DNA from: Synechococcus sp.
GTDB taxonomy: Bacteria; Cyanobacteriota; Cyanobacteriia; PCC-6307; Cyanobiaceae
Reading direction: 5' to 3'
DNA length: 64,000 bases
Assembly: GCA_047285805.1 (NCBI GenBank)
Contig: JBJBCN010000002.1
Span: forward strand, 128,001-192,000
Position 1 is the first letter of the stretch. Each line of letters starts with the position of its first letter. Positions 21,957-30,134 of the stretch are shown here, piece by piece. Below the pieces are notes generated by a model, which saw only the letters and a program-made list of their open reading frames with translations, did no database searches and had not been told where the DNA came from. A program made the position numbers and the translations under genes.

Positions 21957-22748
21957 TCAAGGTAGAGCGAATAAAAGCCGTTCCCAGTAACGCAACCTGT
22001 GATGTTCATCAAAGTCGATGCGCAGCTCTTGAAAGCGTGAAGGCTGCAAACATCCGACCTCCAGGCGAAAGCCACCATATGGCAAGCGCTCAGGAACACC
22101 ACACGCCAATCCATCATTAAATACTCCTCGTAGCTCTGCTTGAAGAAAGGGTTCGGGATCCCACCGTACCGACTCTGGCGTTGATGACCGGCCAGTAACC
22201 CCGGAAAGCGGATTGAAGCGTTCGACAACTCCAGAGCAACCATCCAACGGCTTCAATAACGCACCGATCGAGCTGGCCTGGGGCCTTGATGGTTCCATCT
22301 CCTCGCTGAGCTGACAACGAAACGCCACAGCACCAATTGTATTCAGGCGCCAATTCAATCCATCCGGCTTCCAAATCAGCACCAGCATCGAGCGAGATCG
22401 GCCGTGGAAGAAATTGATTTCGTGGCCAAACCGGCGCATATCATCGGAAACCTCCAGGCTCGACTGACCCCCAGCACCTGCAAATTGCCAGCAGGCTCCT
22501 GAAGCGTTGTAATCGGATCGACTCAAGGCGTACTGCGCTGCACCACCAGGAGCAAAGAACAATCCAGTGCCGTCCCAAAGACCGGTATCGGCATCCTCAA
22601 AGCTGATTGCGTAGCGGGTCTGACCCACGATGCTGGTGGGCTGACGCAAATCAAGTTCGCCATCGTCTCGACGGACATACCAATGGCTGTTCCCTTGCCA
22701 CAAACCCTCAAAGTTGAGGCGGTTGTGTTCCCACTGATCTGTCATCAC
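21957..22748 (-). CDS. DUF3598-like hypothetical protein
   Basis: QWEHNRLNFEGLWQG N-terminus, HEINFFHGRSRSMLV. Confidence 0.6.
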   Translation of the reverse strand: MMTDQWEHNRLNFEGLWQGNSHWYVRRDDGELDLRQPTSIVGQTRYAISFEDADTGLWDGTGLFFAPGGAAQYALSRSDYNASGACWQFAGAGGQSSLEVSDDMRRFGHEINFFHGRSRSMLVLIWKPDGLNWRLNTIGAVAFRCQLSEEMEPSRPQASSIGALLKPLDGCSGVVERFNPLSGVTGRSSTPESVRWDPEPFLQAELRGVFNDGLACGVPERLPYGGFRLEVGCLQPSRFQELRIDFDEHHRLRYWERLLFALP

Positions 22749-23317
22749 TGCTTCTTAGCTAAATGACGTGAATAGGGCTCAAAGCAACTATGCGTCCGTA
22801 GGCAAGTACACAAGCCGGAAACTTGAAAGTGGACTAAACAGAAGCGTCGAAGTCCTTTCAGTATTGTGGCAACCAGCGAAGGAATGCTATGAGCCGCCCG
22901 CCTGGCTTTCTGCATCGTAGTGAAGCTTTCATCGACTAGAGCGCCCCGATACCAGTCACTCCCTTCGCGAAGTCGGCATCGTCCGCTAGCTCAATGCGCT
23001 GGTAGCTGTCGCTCCATAGCAATGGCCTGGGGATGGGTTGCTGTAATTGACACTCGCCAATATCGCGATTGATTAAGTCGACAAAGCTAGTGATCCATCT
23101 ATTGACAGGGCCAGTCACAGATGCTGGAGGCAAATGCTGCTTGTCCTGACTACGGCTCTTCGTGTAGGCGTAGGTGGCGCCTCTTCACGAAGAGATCGCA
23201 CAGCGCCCCTGCTGTCGCGCTCAGGTCTTTTCTGAATTTGGAATGTCTTGAACATGACATTCCTCTAGCGCTTGCTGTATCCGACGCGCCTTAAGGCTGA
23301 GAGCCGCAATCTCTTCG

Positions 23318-23536
23318 TCAAGGTATGGCGCTCGCGTCGGCTGAGGTCTGTGGCATCCACGTCCTCACCGATTCGCTGCCATGCCCGCTTGAGCAACCGG
23401 TAAGCCTGGCGGCAGCTGTCCCCCCCCACTCCTGTGACGAATGGGCGACACAGGCGGAGTTGGACGAGTCCTCCAGCAGCATCAGCTGCAGGATGTCGAT
23501 CCGCTCAGCGATGGCGGAGGTCGTAGCCCTAGCCAT
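23318..23536 (-). pseudogene. Truncated copy of the element HTH protein (paralogue of 31596-31952)
   Basis: MARATTSAIAERIDILQLMLLE...QEWG matches MARATAATIADRVETLQEKILE...REWG, then diverges. Confidence 0.7.
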
Positions 23537-23690
23537 CGGCTTTCTCCCGCCAGAGGTGCATCAACAGCTCGCGCTGAGCCAGGTCCAGGCCCACCCCCAG
23601 CCAGGGCAACAGCTCCGGCAGTGAATCAGTGGAGAGTTCGAGGGTGCCTGTCATGGCCTGGGTCCCCACAGCGAGGTCGGAATGGATCAC
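23529..23690 (-). CDS. 53-aa element protein, copy 1
   Basis: Manual translation from GTG: MIHSDLAVGTQAMTGTLELSTDSLPELLPWLGVGLDLAQRELLMHLWREKADG. Confidence 0.7.
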   Translation of the reverse strand: MIHSDLAVGTQAMTGTLELSTDSLPELLPWLGVGLDLAQRELLMHLWREKADG

Positions 23691-24389
23691 TGGACCGCCT
23701 GCTCAACCTGAAGGTTGTCATTTGCCTCAAAACCCTTTCCGGGAACGGGCTCAACTTTCCCTCTTGATGTTTTCGGGCGCGGAATGGGGCCCAGAACACC
23801 GACCCACTGCTCAGTAGCGGGGAGTACTGAGGTGGAGTGGGGCTCCCGTATTGCCCCACCCCGCCCCGCACTTAGAGAGAAAACCCTCTGCCCAGGACGA
23901 GCAGAAGGCCGTCGTGTTTTCCCTCCCGATGACGGTATGAAGAGCGCAGCCACATGCCGGTGCTCGAAATCACTTCGGTGCCCTCTGTCATTTACCTACG
24001 TCTGTGCCCAACCAACAGCTCCCCTAGCCACTGCTCAGTAGCGGGGAGTGTTTTGGGGGAGCGGGATGACCTCCCCCCGCTCGGATCACGAACCCACCGG
24101 GGACCGTGTCCTCAGTGGTTATGGCTCAAGTTTGGCTGGGCGTGCAACCCTTGGTCCAAAGATTTGGTGGGGCGAGATGCACCTCGCCCCTGAGGCGATG
24201 TCTTGACGAAGAGAAACGCCTCAATCCCGGTATGCCACTGCAATCTCGGGGGCATGTACGCCTCTATACAAACTGAAAAAATCCCCTACTGGAAGCCAGT
24301 AAGGGAGAGCGTCTCTTCGTCAAAAAGCGCAGTTCTTTCCTACGAAGCCGACCTGCCCTGGCGCAAGAAGCATTTGTTACTACCGCTCG

Positions 24390-24731
24390 TTACTGGCGCT
24401 CCTGGGGATGATCTGACAGTCCGACGATCCAGTCAAGCTGCCCGACGCTAGCCGCCAGTGCCCCTGGCTGATTTGTGTGCAGGCACATTTGGCAGCCTTC
24501 CAACAGCAAGTTGATCACCTGGGCGGTCAGAGCCCTCCTGTCCCACCCCGATTCTTCGTAGTCATCACGAAACAGGTCGAAGGCGTCAGCCACGGCGCGC
24601 TGGGCAGTCCTGCGACTGCAGGGTCCGCCCCCTACCCCCTGCGACAGAAACGTCACGACGGCACTGGGGCTTTTCCCCTTGTGGAGGAGGTCCAGAGCGT
24701 CTTCAGCGCGGGCTGCGGTGCGTTTCTTCAT
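24390..24731 (-). CDS. Element HTH protein (distant paralogue of 31596-31952)
   Basis: SRRTAQRAV, DRRALTAQ, NQPGAL...LDWIVGL align with the paralogue. Confidence 0.7.
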   Translation of the reverse strand: MKKRTAARAEDALDLLHKGKSPSAVVTFLSQGVGGGPCSRRTAQRAVADAFDLFRDDYEESGWDRRALTAQVINLLLEGCQMCLHTNQPGALAASVGQLDWIVGLSDHPQERQ

Positions 24732-24889
24732 TGCCGGTACTCCTGGCGTAAGCAGTGCATGAGCAGTTCCCTGAGGAGGAGGGCGACGCCGACGGCGAAG
24801 AGCGGCACCAGCTCCGGGAGGGACTCAGGCGAGATCTGCAGGGTGCGGGTCATGGCCTGTGCCCCTTTGACCAGGTCGGGGTGGATCAC
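24728..24889 (-). CDS. 53-aa element protein, copy 2
   Basis: IHPDLVKGAQAMTRTLQISPESLPELVPLFAVGVALLLRELLMH; GTG start; ATGA overlap with the next gene. Confidence 0.7.
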   Translation of the reverse strand: MIHPDLVKGAQAMTRTLQISPESLPELVPLFAVGVALLLRELLMHCLRQEYRQ

Positions 24890-25173
24890 CTGCCCAGCAC
24901 CCCGTTGAGCGAATCCAGCTCGCTGTCGAGCAGAGAACACTCTGCGGCGACCTCACGCTCTGCCCTGGCGACCTTCTCGTTGAGGTCATCCCGCTTGGCT
25001 GTCAGCTCCGCGATGCGGGCTTCGACCTGGTTGTAGACCGCCGGCTTGCTGCAGAGCCGCGGCAGTTCTTCCAGCCAAAACCGCTCAAGTCATGCCGGGG
25101 GCAGTCCAGAGGCGCTGGGGTCGCTCAGGAGCTGCTTGTCGCGATCGTTGAGGACAGCATCCAGGGCACGGCT
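24886..25173 (-). pseudogene. 5'-truncated coiled-coil element gene with an internal stop
   Basis: ...DPSASGLPPA*LERFWLEELPRLC...LNGVLGR*; its stop overlaps the GTG of the next gene. Confidence 0.5.
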
Positions 25174-25196
25174 GTAATCGCCCCCATCAACCCGCA

Positions 25197-25290
25197 GCCA
25201 ATCAGCGCAGGGGCAACGACCTCCGCTGGACGGCAGAAGAAGGCATGGGGCAGGGCTGAGCAGTCCTTAGTGATGGGCTGGATGGCTATG
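25197..25290 (-). pseudogene. 5' fragment of 3-methyladenine DNA glycosylase (MPG family), copy 1
   Basis: ALPHAFFCRPAEVVAPALIGC resembles the MPG N-terminus. Confidence 0.6.
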
Positions 25291-25403
25291 GGAGTGGCTT
25301 CTGGTCTCCCTTCAGCTTGCTGACGACCAATCAACTGCTCTAAGCCCAGTGGCAATGGTGGATTTCCTGGCGAAACTCCCGCCAGAAGTTGAGCGCGAGC
25401 GCA

Positions 25404-26441
25404 ATGCAGCAGTCCACTCGCCTGAGCCTCTCCCTCACTGGTGCAGCTGCTTTGGCACTGGCATCAATGCCTCAGGTGAGCGCAAAGCCTGCAGTGGTGG
25501 CGCAAGGGAGCGCGGAAGACCTTGGTGTGATGCGCATCCGCCTCAAGGATGTGGTCAAACCGCAGGTTGGAGTTCAAGGTCAAACTCAAGCGGCTGGTAC
25601 CCCGAATGAGGCAGGCATTGGCGGCTTTATGCCGCTGGTGGTGGGAGAGAACAGCGTTTTCTTTGCTGATGTGCTGGCGAATGCGAACTTCGCGGACTGG
25701 GGCAACAGCAGCAGCATCATCAATACGAAGGTGGCGGGTCCCACCATCAGCACGTCATCCAGGCTTGGGTATCGCTGGCTGAATGGTGACCGCAGTTGGA
25801 TGTTTGGTGTCAACGGTGGGTATGACACCCGACCGATGGCAACGGGTGATGCCGATACAGGTGTTGCGGTCTCTGGTCAGCGGACAGTCTTTTTCCAGCA
25901 GGCAGCGTTTGGCTTGGAGGCAGTGAATGATGACTGGAGCTTCAATGCCTATGGATTAATACCAACTGGAACAACGGAATACAGGTTGAATAGTGCTTAC
26001 AACGGGGGAGCACTGGATACGTATGGGTTTGATGCGGGCTACAGCATCACGCCAGAGTGGAAGCTGAGTGTTGGCTATTACTACCAGAATGGCGACCTCA
26101 ATACAGCTGATGGCTCAGGCGTGCTGGGGCGACTGGCTTACAGCATCAATGAGGGAGTAACGGTTGGCACCAATCTGTCTTATGACAGCGCGTTTAAGTC
26201 ACGCTTCTCAGCTGACATTAAGTGGCGGTTCAATACGGCAGGAATTTCGCAAAGCGAGAAGCAGAAGAAAGCGTGGGAGAAGCCAACGATTAAGGCATTA
26301 ACTGAGAGCGTGAAGAATAGGGATGTACGGGTGCACGATACGACCTGGTGTAATACCCCAGGCGGGGAACCGGGAGTATTAGTAAATACCCCTAGAACCG
26401 GGAAGTCTGTGTGTGTCACGATTAGACCCGCCCCAATGTAG
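25404..26441 (+). CDS. Outer-membrane beta-barrel, inverse-autotransporter (intimin/invasin beta-domain)-like, with a 33-aa C-terminal peptide
   Basis: Signal peptide, amphipathic strands, RLGYRWL...WMFGVNGGYD, QQAAFGLE, NAYGLIP, linker ESVKNRDVRVHD. Confidence 0.75.
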   Translation: MQQSTRLSLSLTGAAALALASMPQVSAKPAVVAQGSAEDLGVMRIRLKDVVKPQVGVQGQTQAAGTPNEAGIGGFMPLVVGENSVFFADVLANANFADWGNSSSIINTKVAGPTISTSSRLGYRWLNGDRSWMFGVNGGYDTRPMATGDADTGVAVSGQRTVFFQQAAFGLEAVNDDWSFNAYGLIPTGTTEYRLNSAYNGGALDTYGFDAGYSITPEWKLSVGYYYQNGDLNTADGSGVLGRLAYSINEGVTVGTNLSYDSAFKSRFSADIKWRFNTAGISQSEKQKKAWEKPTIKALTESVKNRDVRVHDTTWCNTPGGEPGVLVNTPRTGKSVCVTIRPAPM

Positions 26442-26465
26442 GGTGAGCCTAACCACCCAACGCCC

Positions 26466-26493
26466 AAAGCCCCTGTAACCGCAGGGGCTTTTT
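26466..26493 (+). terminator. Intrinsic terminator after barrel gene 1
   Basis: aaagcccctg-taaccg-caggggcttttt. Confidence 0.85.
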
Positions 26494-26745
26494 ATTTCTT
26501 CAGTCACACCAATAAGCCAGCAAATCAGCATCCAATACCTGGCACCATCGCCTTCGGCTCAGCCCAATGGCAGGTCACTCACGGCATTCTTTGCCTCATC
26601 GCAAGACCACAAGACACACCAAAGCTATCCTCAATATCTTTATCCCTACTTCTATCCTTATTTTCTCAACGCATTCACCAATAACTTCGCTCTCTATCGC
26701 CATCATTGATGCCATTGGTGCGTCTAAACATCACCGTCACCTGAT

Positions 26746-26838
26746 GCCAATCAGCTCAGGGGCAACGACCTCCGCTGGACGGCAGAAGAAGGCGTGGGGC
26801 AGGGCTGGGAAATCTCTGGTGACGGGCGGGGTGGCTAT
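26746..26838 (-). pseudogene. 5' fragment of MPG-family glycosylase, copy 2
   Basis: DFPALPHAFFCRPAEVVAPELIG. Confidence 0.6.
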
Positions 26839-26951
26839 GGGAGTGGCTGCTGGTCTCCCTTCAGCTTGCTGACGACCACCCAACTGCTCTAAGCCCTGTG
26901 GCAATGGGGGATTTCCTGGCGAAACTCCCGCCAGAAGTGAGCTCAAGCGCA

Positions 26952-27941
26952 ATGCAGCAGTCCATTCGCCTGAGCCTCTCCCTCACTGGTGCAGCTGCTT
27001 TGTCACTGGCATCAATGCCTCAGGTGAGCGCGATACCTGCCGTGGTGGTGCAAGGGAGCGCGGAAGACCTTGGAGTGATGAGCATCCGCCTCAAGGATGT
27101 GGTGAGACCGCAGGTAGGAGTTCAAGGTCAAACCCAAGCGGCTGGCACCCCGAATGAGGCAGGCATTGGCGGCTTTGTGCCGCTGGTGGTGGGAGAGAAC
27201 CGTGTCTTCTTTGCTGATGTGCTGGCGAATGCGAACTTCGCGGACTGGGGCAACAGCAGCAGCCTCATCAACACCAAGGTGGCTGGCACCACCATCAGCA
27301 CGTCATCCAGGCTTGGGTATCGCTGGCTGAATGGTGACCGCAGTTGGATGTTTGGTGTCAACGGTGGGTATGGCACCCGACCGATGGCAACGGGTGATGC
27401 CGATACAGGTGTTGCGGTCTCTGGTCAGCGGACAGTCTTTTTCCAGCAGGCAGCGTTTGGCTTGGAGGCAGTGAATGATGACTGGAGCTTCAATGCCTAT
27501 GGATTAATCCCAACTGGAACAACGGAATACAGGTTGAATAGTGCTTACAGCGGAGGAGCACTGGATACGTATGGGTTTGATGCGGGCTACAGCATCACGC
27601 CAGAGTGGAAGCTGAGCGTTGGCTATTACTACCAGAATGGCGACCTCAATACAGCTGATGGTTCAGGGGTGTTGGGGCGACTGGCTTACAGCATCAATGA
27701 GGGCGTAACGGTTGGCACTAACCTGTCTTACGACAGCGCGTTTAAGTCACGCTTCTCGGCTGATATTAAGTGGCGTTTTAATACGGCAGGAATTTCGCAA
27801 AGCGAGAAGCAGAAGAAAGCGTGGGAGAAGCCTACGATTAAGGCATTAACTGAGAGCGTGAAGAACAGGGATGTGCGGGTGCACGATCCAGATATATATA
27901 CCATTTGCATGTTTCACCTTTCATATACATACTGTGGGTAG
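26952..27941 (+). CDS. Second inverse-autotransporter-like beta-barrel with a different 17-aa C-terminal peptide
   Basis: Near-identical to 25404-26441 up to RDVRVHD, then an unrelated tail. Confidence 0.75.
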   Translation: MQQSIRLSLSLTGAAALSLASMPQVSAIPAVVVQGSAEDLGVMSIRLKDVVRPQVGVQGQTQAAGTPNEAGIGGFVPLVVGENRVFFADVLANANFADWGNSSSLINTKVAGTTISTSSRLGYRWLNGDRSWMFGVNGGYGTRPMATGDADTGVAVSGQRTVFFQQAAFGLEAVNDDWSFNAYGLIPTGTTEYRLNSAYSGGALDTYGFDAGYSITPEWKLSVGYYYQNGDLNTADGSGVLGRLAYSINEGVTVGTNLSYDSAFKSRFSADIKWRFNTAGISQSEKQKKAWEKPTIKALTESVKNRDVRVHDPDIYTICMFHLSYTYCG

Positions 27942-27952
27942 CCTGACCACCC

Positions 27953-27981
27953 AAAGCCTTTGCGTTTGCAGGGGCTTTTTT
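27953..27981 (+). terminator. Intrinsic terminator after barrel gene 2
   Basis: aaagcctttgc-gttt-gcaggggctttttt (with G-U pairs). Confidence 0.75.
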
Positions 27982-28382
27982 ACTTCTTCAGTCACGCCAA
28001 TAAGCCAATAAGCCAGCCTCCAATACCTGGCACCTTCTTCATCAACGCAACCTGATGACAGACCCATAAGGGCACTGAGCGCCTTATCGCAAGACCGCAA
28101 GACACACCAAAACTATCCCCAATATATTTCTCCCGGCTTCTATCCTCATTCCCTCAACGCATTCACCAATAACTTCCCTTTCTATCGCCATCACGTATGC
28201 CATTGGCTCGTTTAAACCTCACTGCTATCTGGTGCTACTCGTCAGGGATTTGATTGAGCCGCATAGCAAGCGCAAAAGGTAGTTGCTTCTGCCCTGGCGA
28301 TACATGCTTGCGATTCCATGTGTTTCTGGCTATTGTTTTGGTCTTTGGTTTAGCGTAATTCTGCAATAGGGGGTCGCGCCTG

Positions 28383-28670
28383 GTGGTGTCTGTTTCTGAT
28401 TTTGACAAACGCTTTAAGCGCAGTCCACTTGTTGTTTGCAGTGAGCTTGATGGTCAAATCACTTTATTTCAGAGCAGTACTTGTGACTACTTAGTGCTTA
28501 ATGAAACCGGCTCTGCGATCTGGGATGCATTGCATTCGCCTAAGACGCTCGAGCAGATTTGTGAAAAACTCTTGGCGGAATATGAAGTCACTCCTGAGCA
28601 GTGCCGGATGAGCGTGGAGGAGTGGCTTTCAATCGCAATCGCAAAAGAAATTATTGCTTTAGTCCGATGA
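28383..28670 (+). CDS. PqqD family / RiPP recognition element (lasso B1-like)
   Basis: SELDGQITL, YLVLNETGSAIWDAL..PKTLEQICEKLLAEYEVTPEQC. Confidence 0.9.
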   Translation: MVSVSDFDKRFKRSPLVVCSELDGQITLFQSSTCDYLVLNETGSAIWDALHSPKTLEQICEKLLAEYEVTPEQCRMSVEEWLSIAIAKEIIALVR

Positions 28671-28709
28671 TCTGGTGGTAAATATTATTGCTAGGGGGGT
28701 AGATAAAAG

Positions 28710-29252
28710 CTAGAAGGTGAATGTTGTTTTTAGCGCTAGTGCCCATATTTCGCTCTTGACTTTATTCTGTCCAACCATCTTGAATCCATGCCGCGCAAAA
28801 TATCGCCTCATAGATGCGTTTCGCAGGCCTGGGTTGACATTCGCTGTCAATAAATGTCTTGCTCGATGATCTCTGTTTAGGTTGTCGTTTTTAAACTCTC
28901 TGAGGAATGTCGTATAGAGCTGATTGCTCAGTCTTGGGGCGCGATGGTCGGGAAGGACATACATTCTTTGAAAGTAGGCGTGGCTTCCTAGATGCAGTTC
29001 TGAGTCTAGTGTTCGAAGGGAGACAAAAACGATTCCGGTAATCCGGCCCAGTGAATCTCGGGCTGTGGCAGCTGTGTGTATACTTAATGGTCGAAAAGCG
29101 GATCTTTGATTGATCGTTGAGATGGTTGTTGATTCTTTGAATCTCCTGAGCTCAGATTGGTAGGATTCCAGATTGGTATCCCAGAACTCCTTAAGTTCTG
29201 ACTTGAGCTCATCATTAATGGCTCCGAAGATATAGTCAACTGTGAACGTCAC
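28710..29252 (-). CDS. Hypothetical protein with a probable GNAT-like fold
   Basis: YFQRMYVLPDHRAPRLS (motif A-like), NPGL...YFARHGF. Confidence 0.55.
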   Translation of the reverse strand: MTFTVDYIFGAINDELKSELKEFWDTNLESYQSELRRFKESTTISTINQRSAFRPLSIHTAATARDSLGRITGIVFVSLRTLDSELHLGSHAYFQRMYVLPDHRAPRLSNQLYTTFLREFKNDNLNRDHRARHLLTANVNPGLRNASMRRYFARHGFKMVGQNKVKSEIWALALKTTFTF

Positions 29253-30134
29253 TTATTGATTCGTTGGTCCCGTGTAGCCAAAGCGCTTCATGGTTGCCGA
29301 CAGATTCTTTTCCAATCTTTGGCGCTGCTCGATCGTCAGTTGCTCTGCGCCCTCTCCCGTTCGCCCTGAGCGAAAGAACCGTTCACAACCGGCAGGTTTT
29401 TCTGCAAAGCCATCCACATCCTCCTCGAGCTTTTTCAGTCGATCAATGGAGGTGTTGTCTAAAGCCTTCTGAATGAGATTAGGCTCATTAGGAAGACCCA
29501 AGAATTTGACTAAGTTTGTAAACGTCTTCAATCCCTTTGCCAACATGTCTTCATAACGCATGATCAAGACTGGCAGTTGAGTTTGATCGGCCCAGGACCT
29601 CACATGCTGATCCCAGCGGCCCATGTGCTGCCGCACTTGGTGGCTACCAAAGCGCTCCCCTGGCACCAGAGCTGCATTGTGATCTAGCAGATGATCAACA
29701 CAACGCTCCAATGGCCATGAAAAGAAGTGGCTAAGTGATACGGCCACATCTTCTGGGTGGCGCAGGATATAAACAACACCAGAGCAGCCTGTTGTACTCA
29801 CCACTGGGCGCCCACGGGAATCAGGTGACTTGAATGCATCATGCACTTTGTGAAAGCGCTCTCCTTCGGCGAATAGCCACGGACTGGCACCAGCACGTCC
29901 GCGCAACGGATCAAGTTCACTAAAACTTAGATCACAACTATTGATTCCCAATTGATCGTCTAGCCATAGCCTGGAAGAGGCAATCGCTCCAGTTTCAATA
30001 TCTTGATTAAGGTTTAATTCTTCCCTAGGTTTGTCTCCGGCTAGACGCAACAGCTCAGTGATAAATACCCGGCACCAGGTGTTGCCTGATTTGGGATAAG
30101 AAGCGAGATACCAGTAACTGTAGTTGTCAGTCAT
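29253..30134 (-). CDS. Sulfotransferase (PAPS-dependent)
   Basis: LASYPKSGNTW (5'-PSB), YILRHPEDVAVS (3'-PB), RYEDM, FFRSGRTG. Confidence 0.92.
   Translation of the reverse strand: MTDNYSYWYLASYPKSGNTWCRVFITELLRLAGDKPREELNLNQDIETGAIASSRLWLDDQLGINSCDLSFSELDPLRGRAGASPWLFAEGERFHKVHDAFKSPDSRGRPVVSTTGCSGVVYILRHPEDVAVSLSHFFSWPLERCVDHLLDHNAALVPGERFGSHQVRQHMGRWDQHVRSWADQTQLPVLIMRYEDMLAKGLKTFTNLVKFLGLPNEPNLIQKALDNTSIDRLKKLEEDVDGFAEKPAGCERFFRSGRTGEGAEQLTIEQRQRLEKNLSATMKRFGYTGPTNQ

Larger units (their letters stand above)
25197..28225 (+). repeat. Tandem duplication of a ~1.5 kb unit (25197-26745; 26746-~28225)
   Basis: Both units start gccaatcagc.cagggcaacgacctccgctggacggcagaagaaggc-like and share the gene, terminator and ~250 bp of downstream sequence. 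Confidence 0.95.

Noticed and set aside
26340..26438. Tail 1 as a canonical lasso core (Thr at -2, Glu at ring position 7 or 8)
   Set aside because: Tail 2 has no equivalent acceptor residue after its TxC, and no cyclase or protease is in the window; not supportable
26340..27941. Diversity-generating retroelement as the cause of tail variation
   Set aside because: No reverse transcriptase or template repeat seen; the tails differ in length and throughout, not just at adenines
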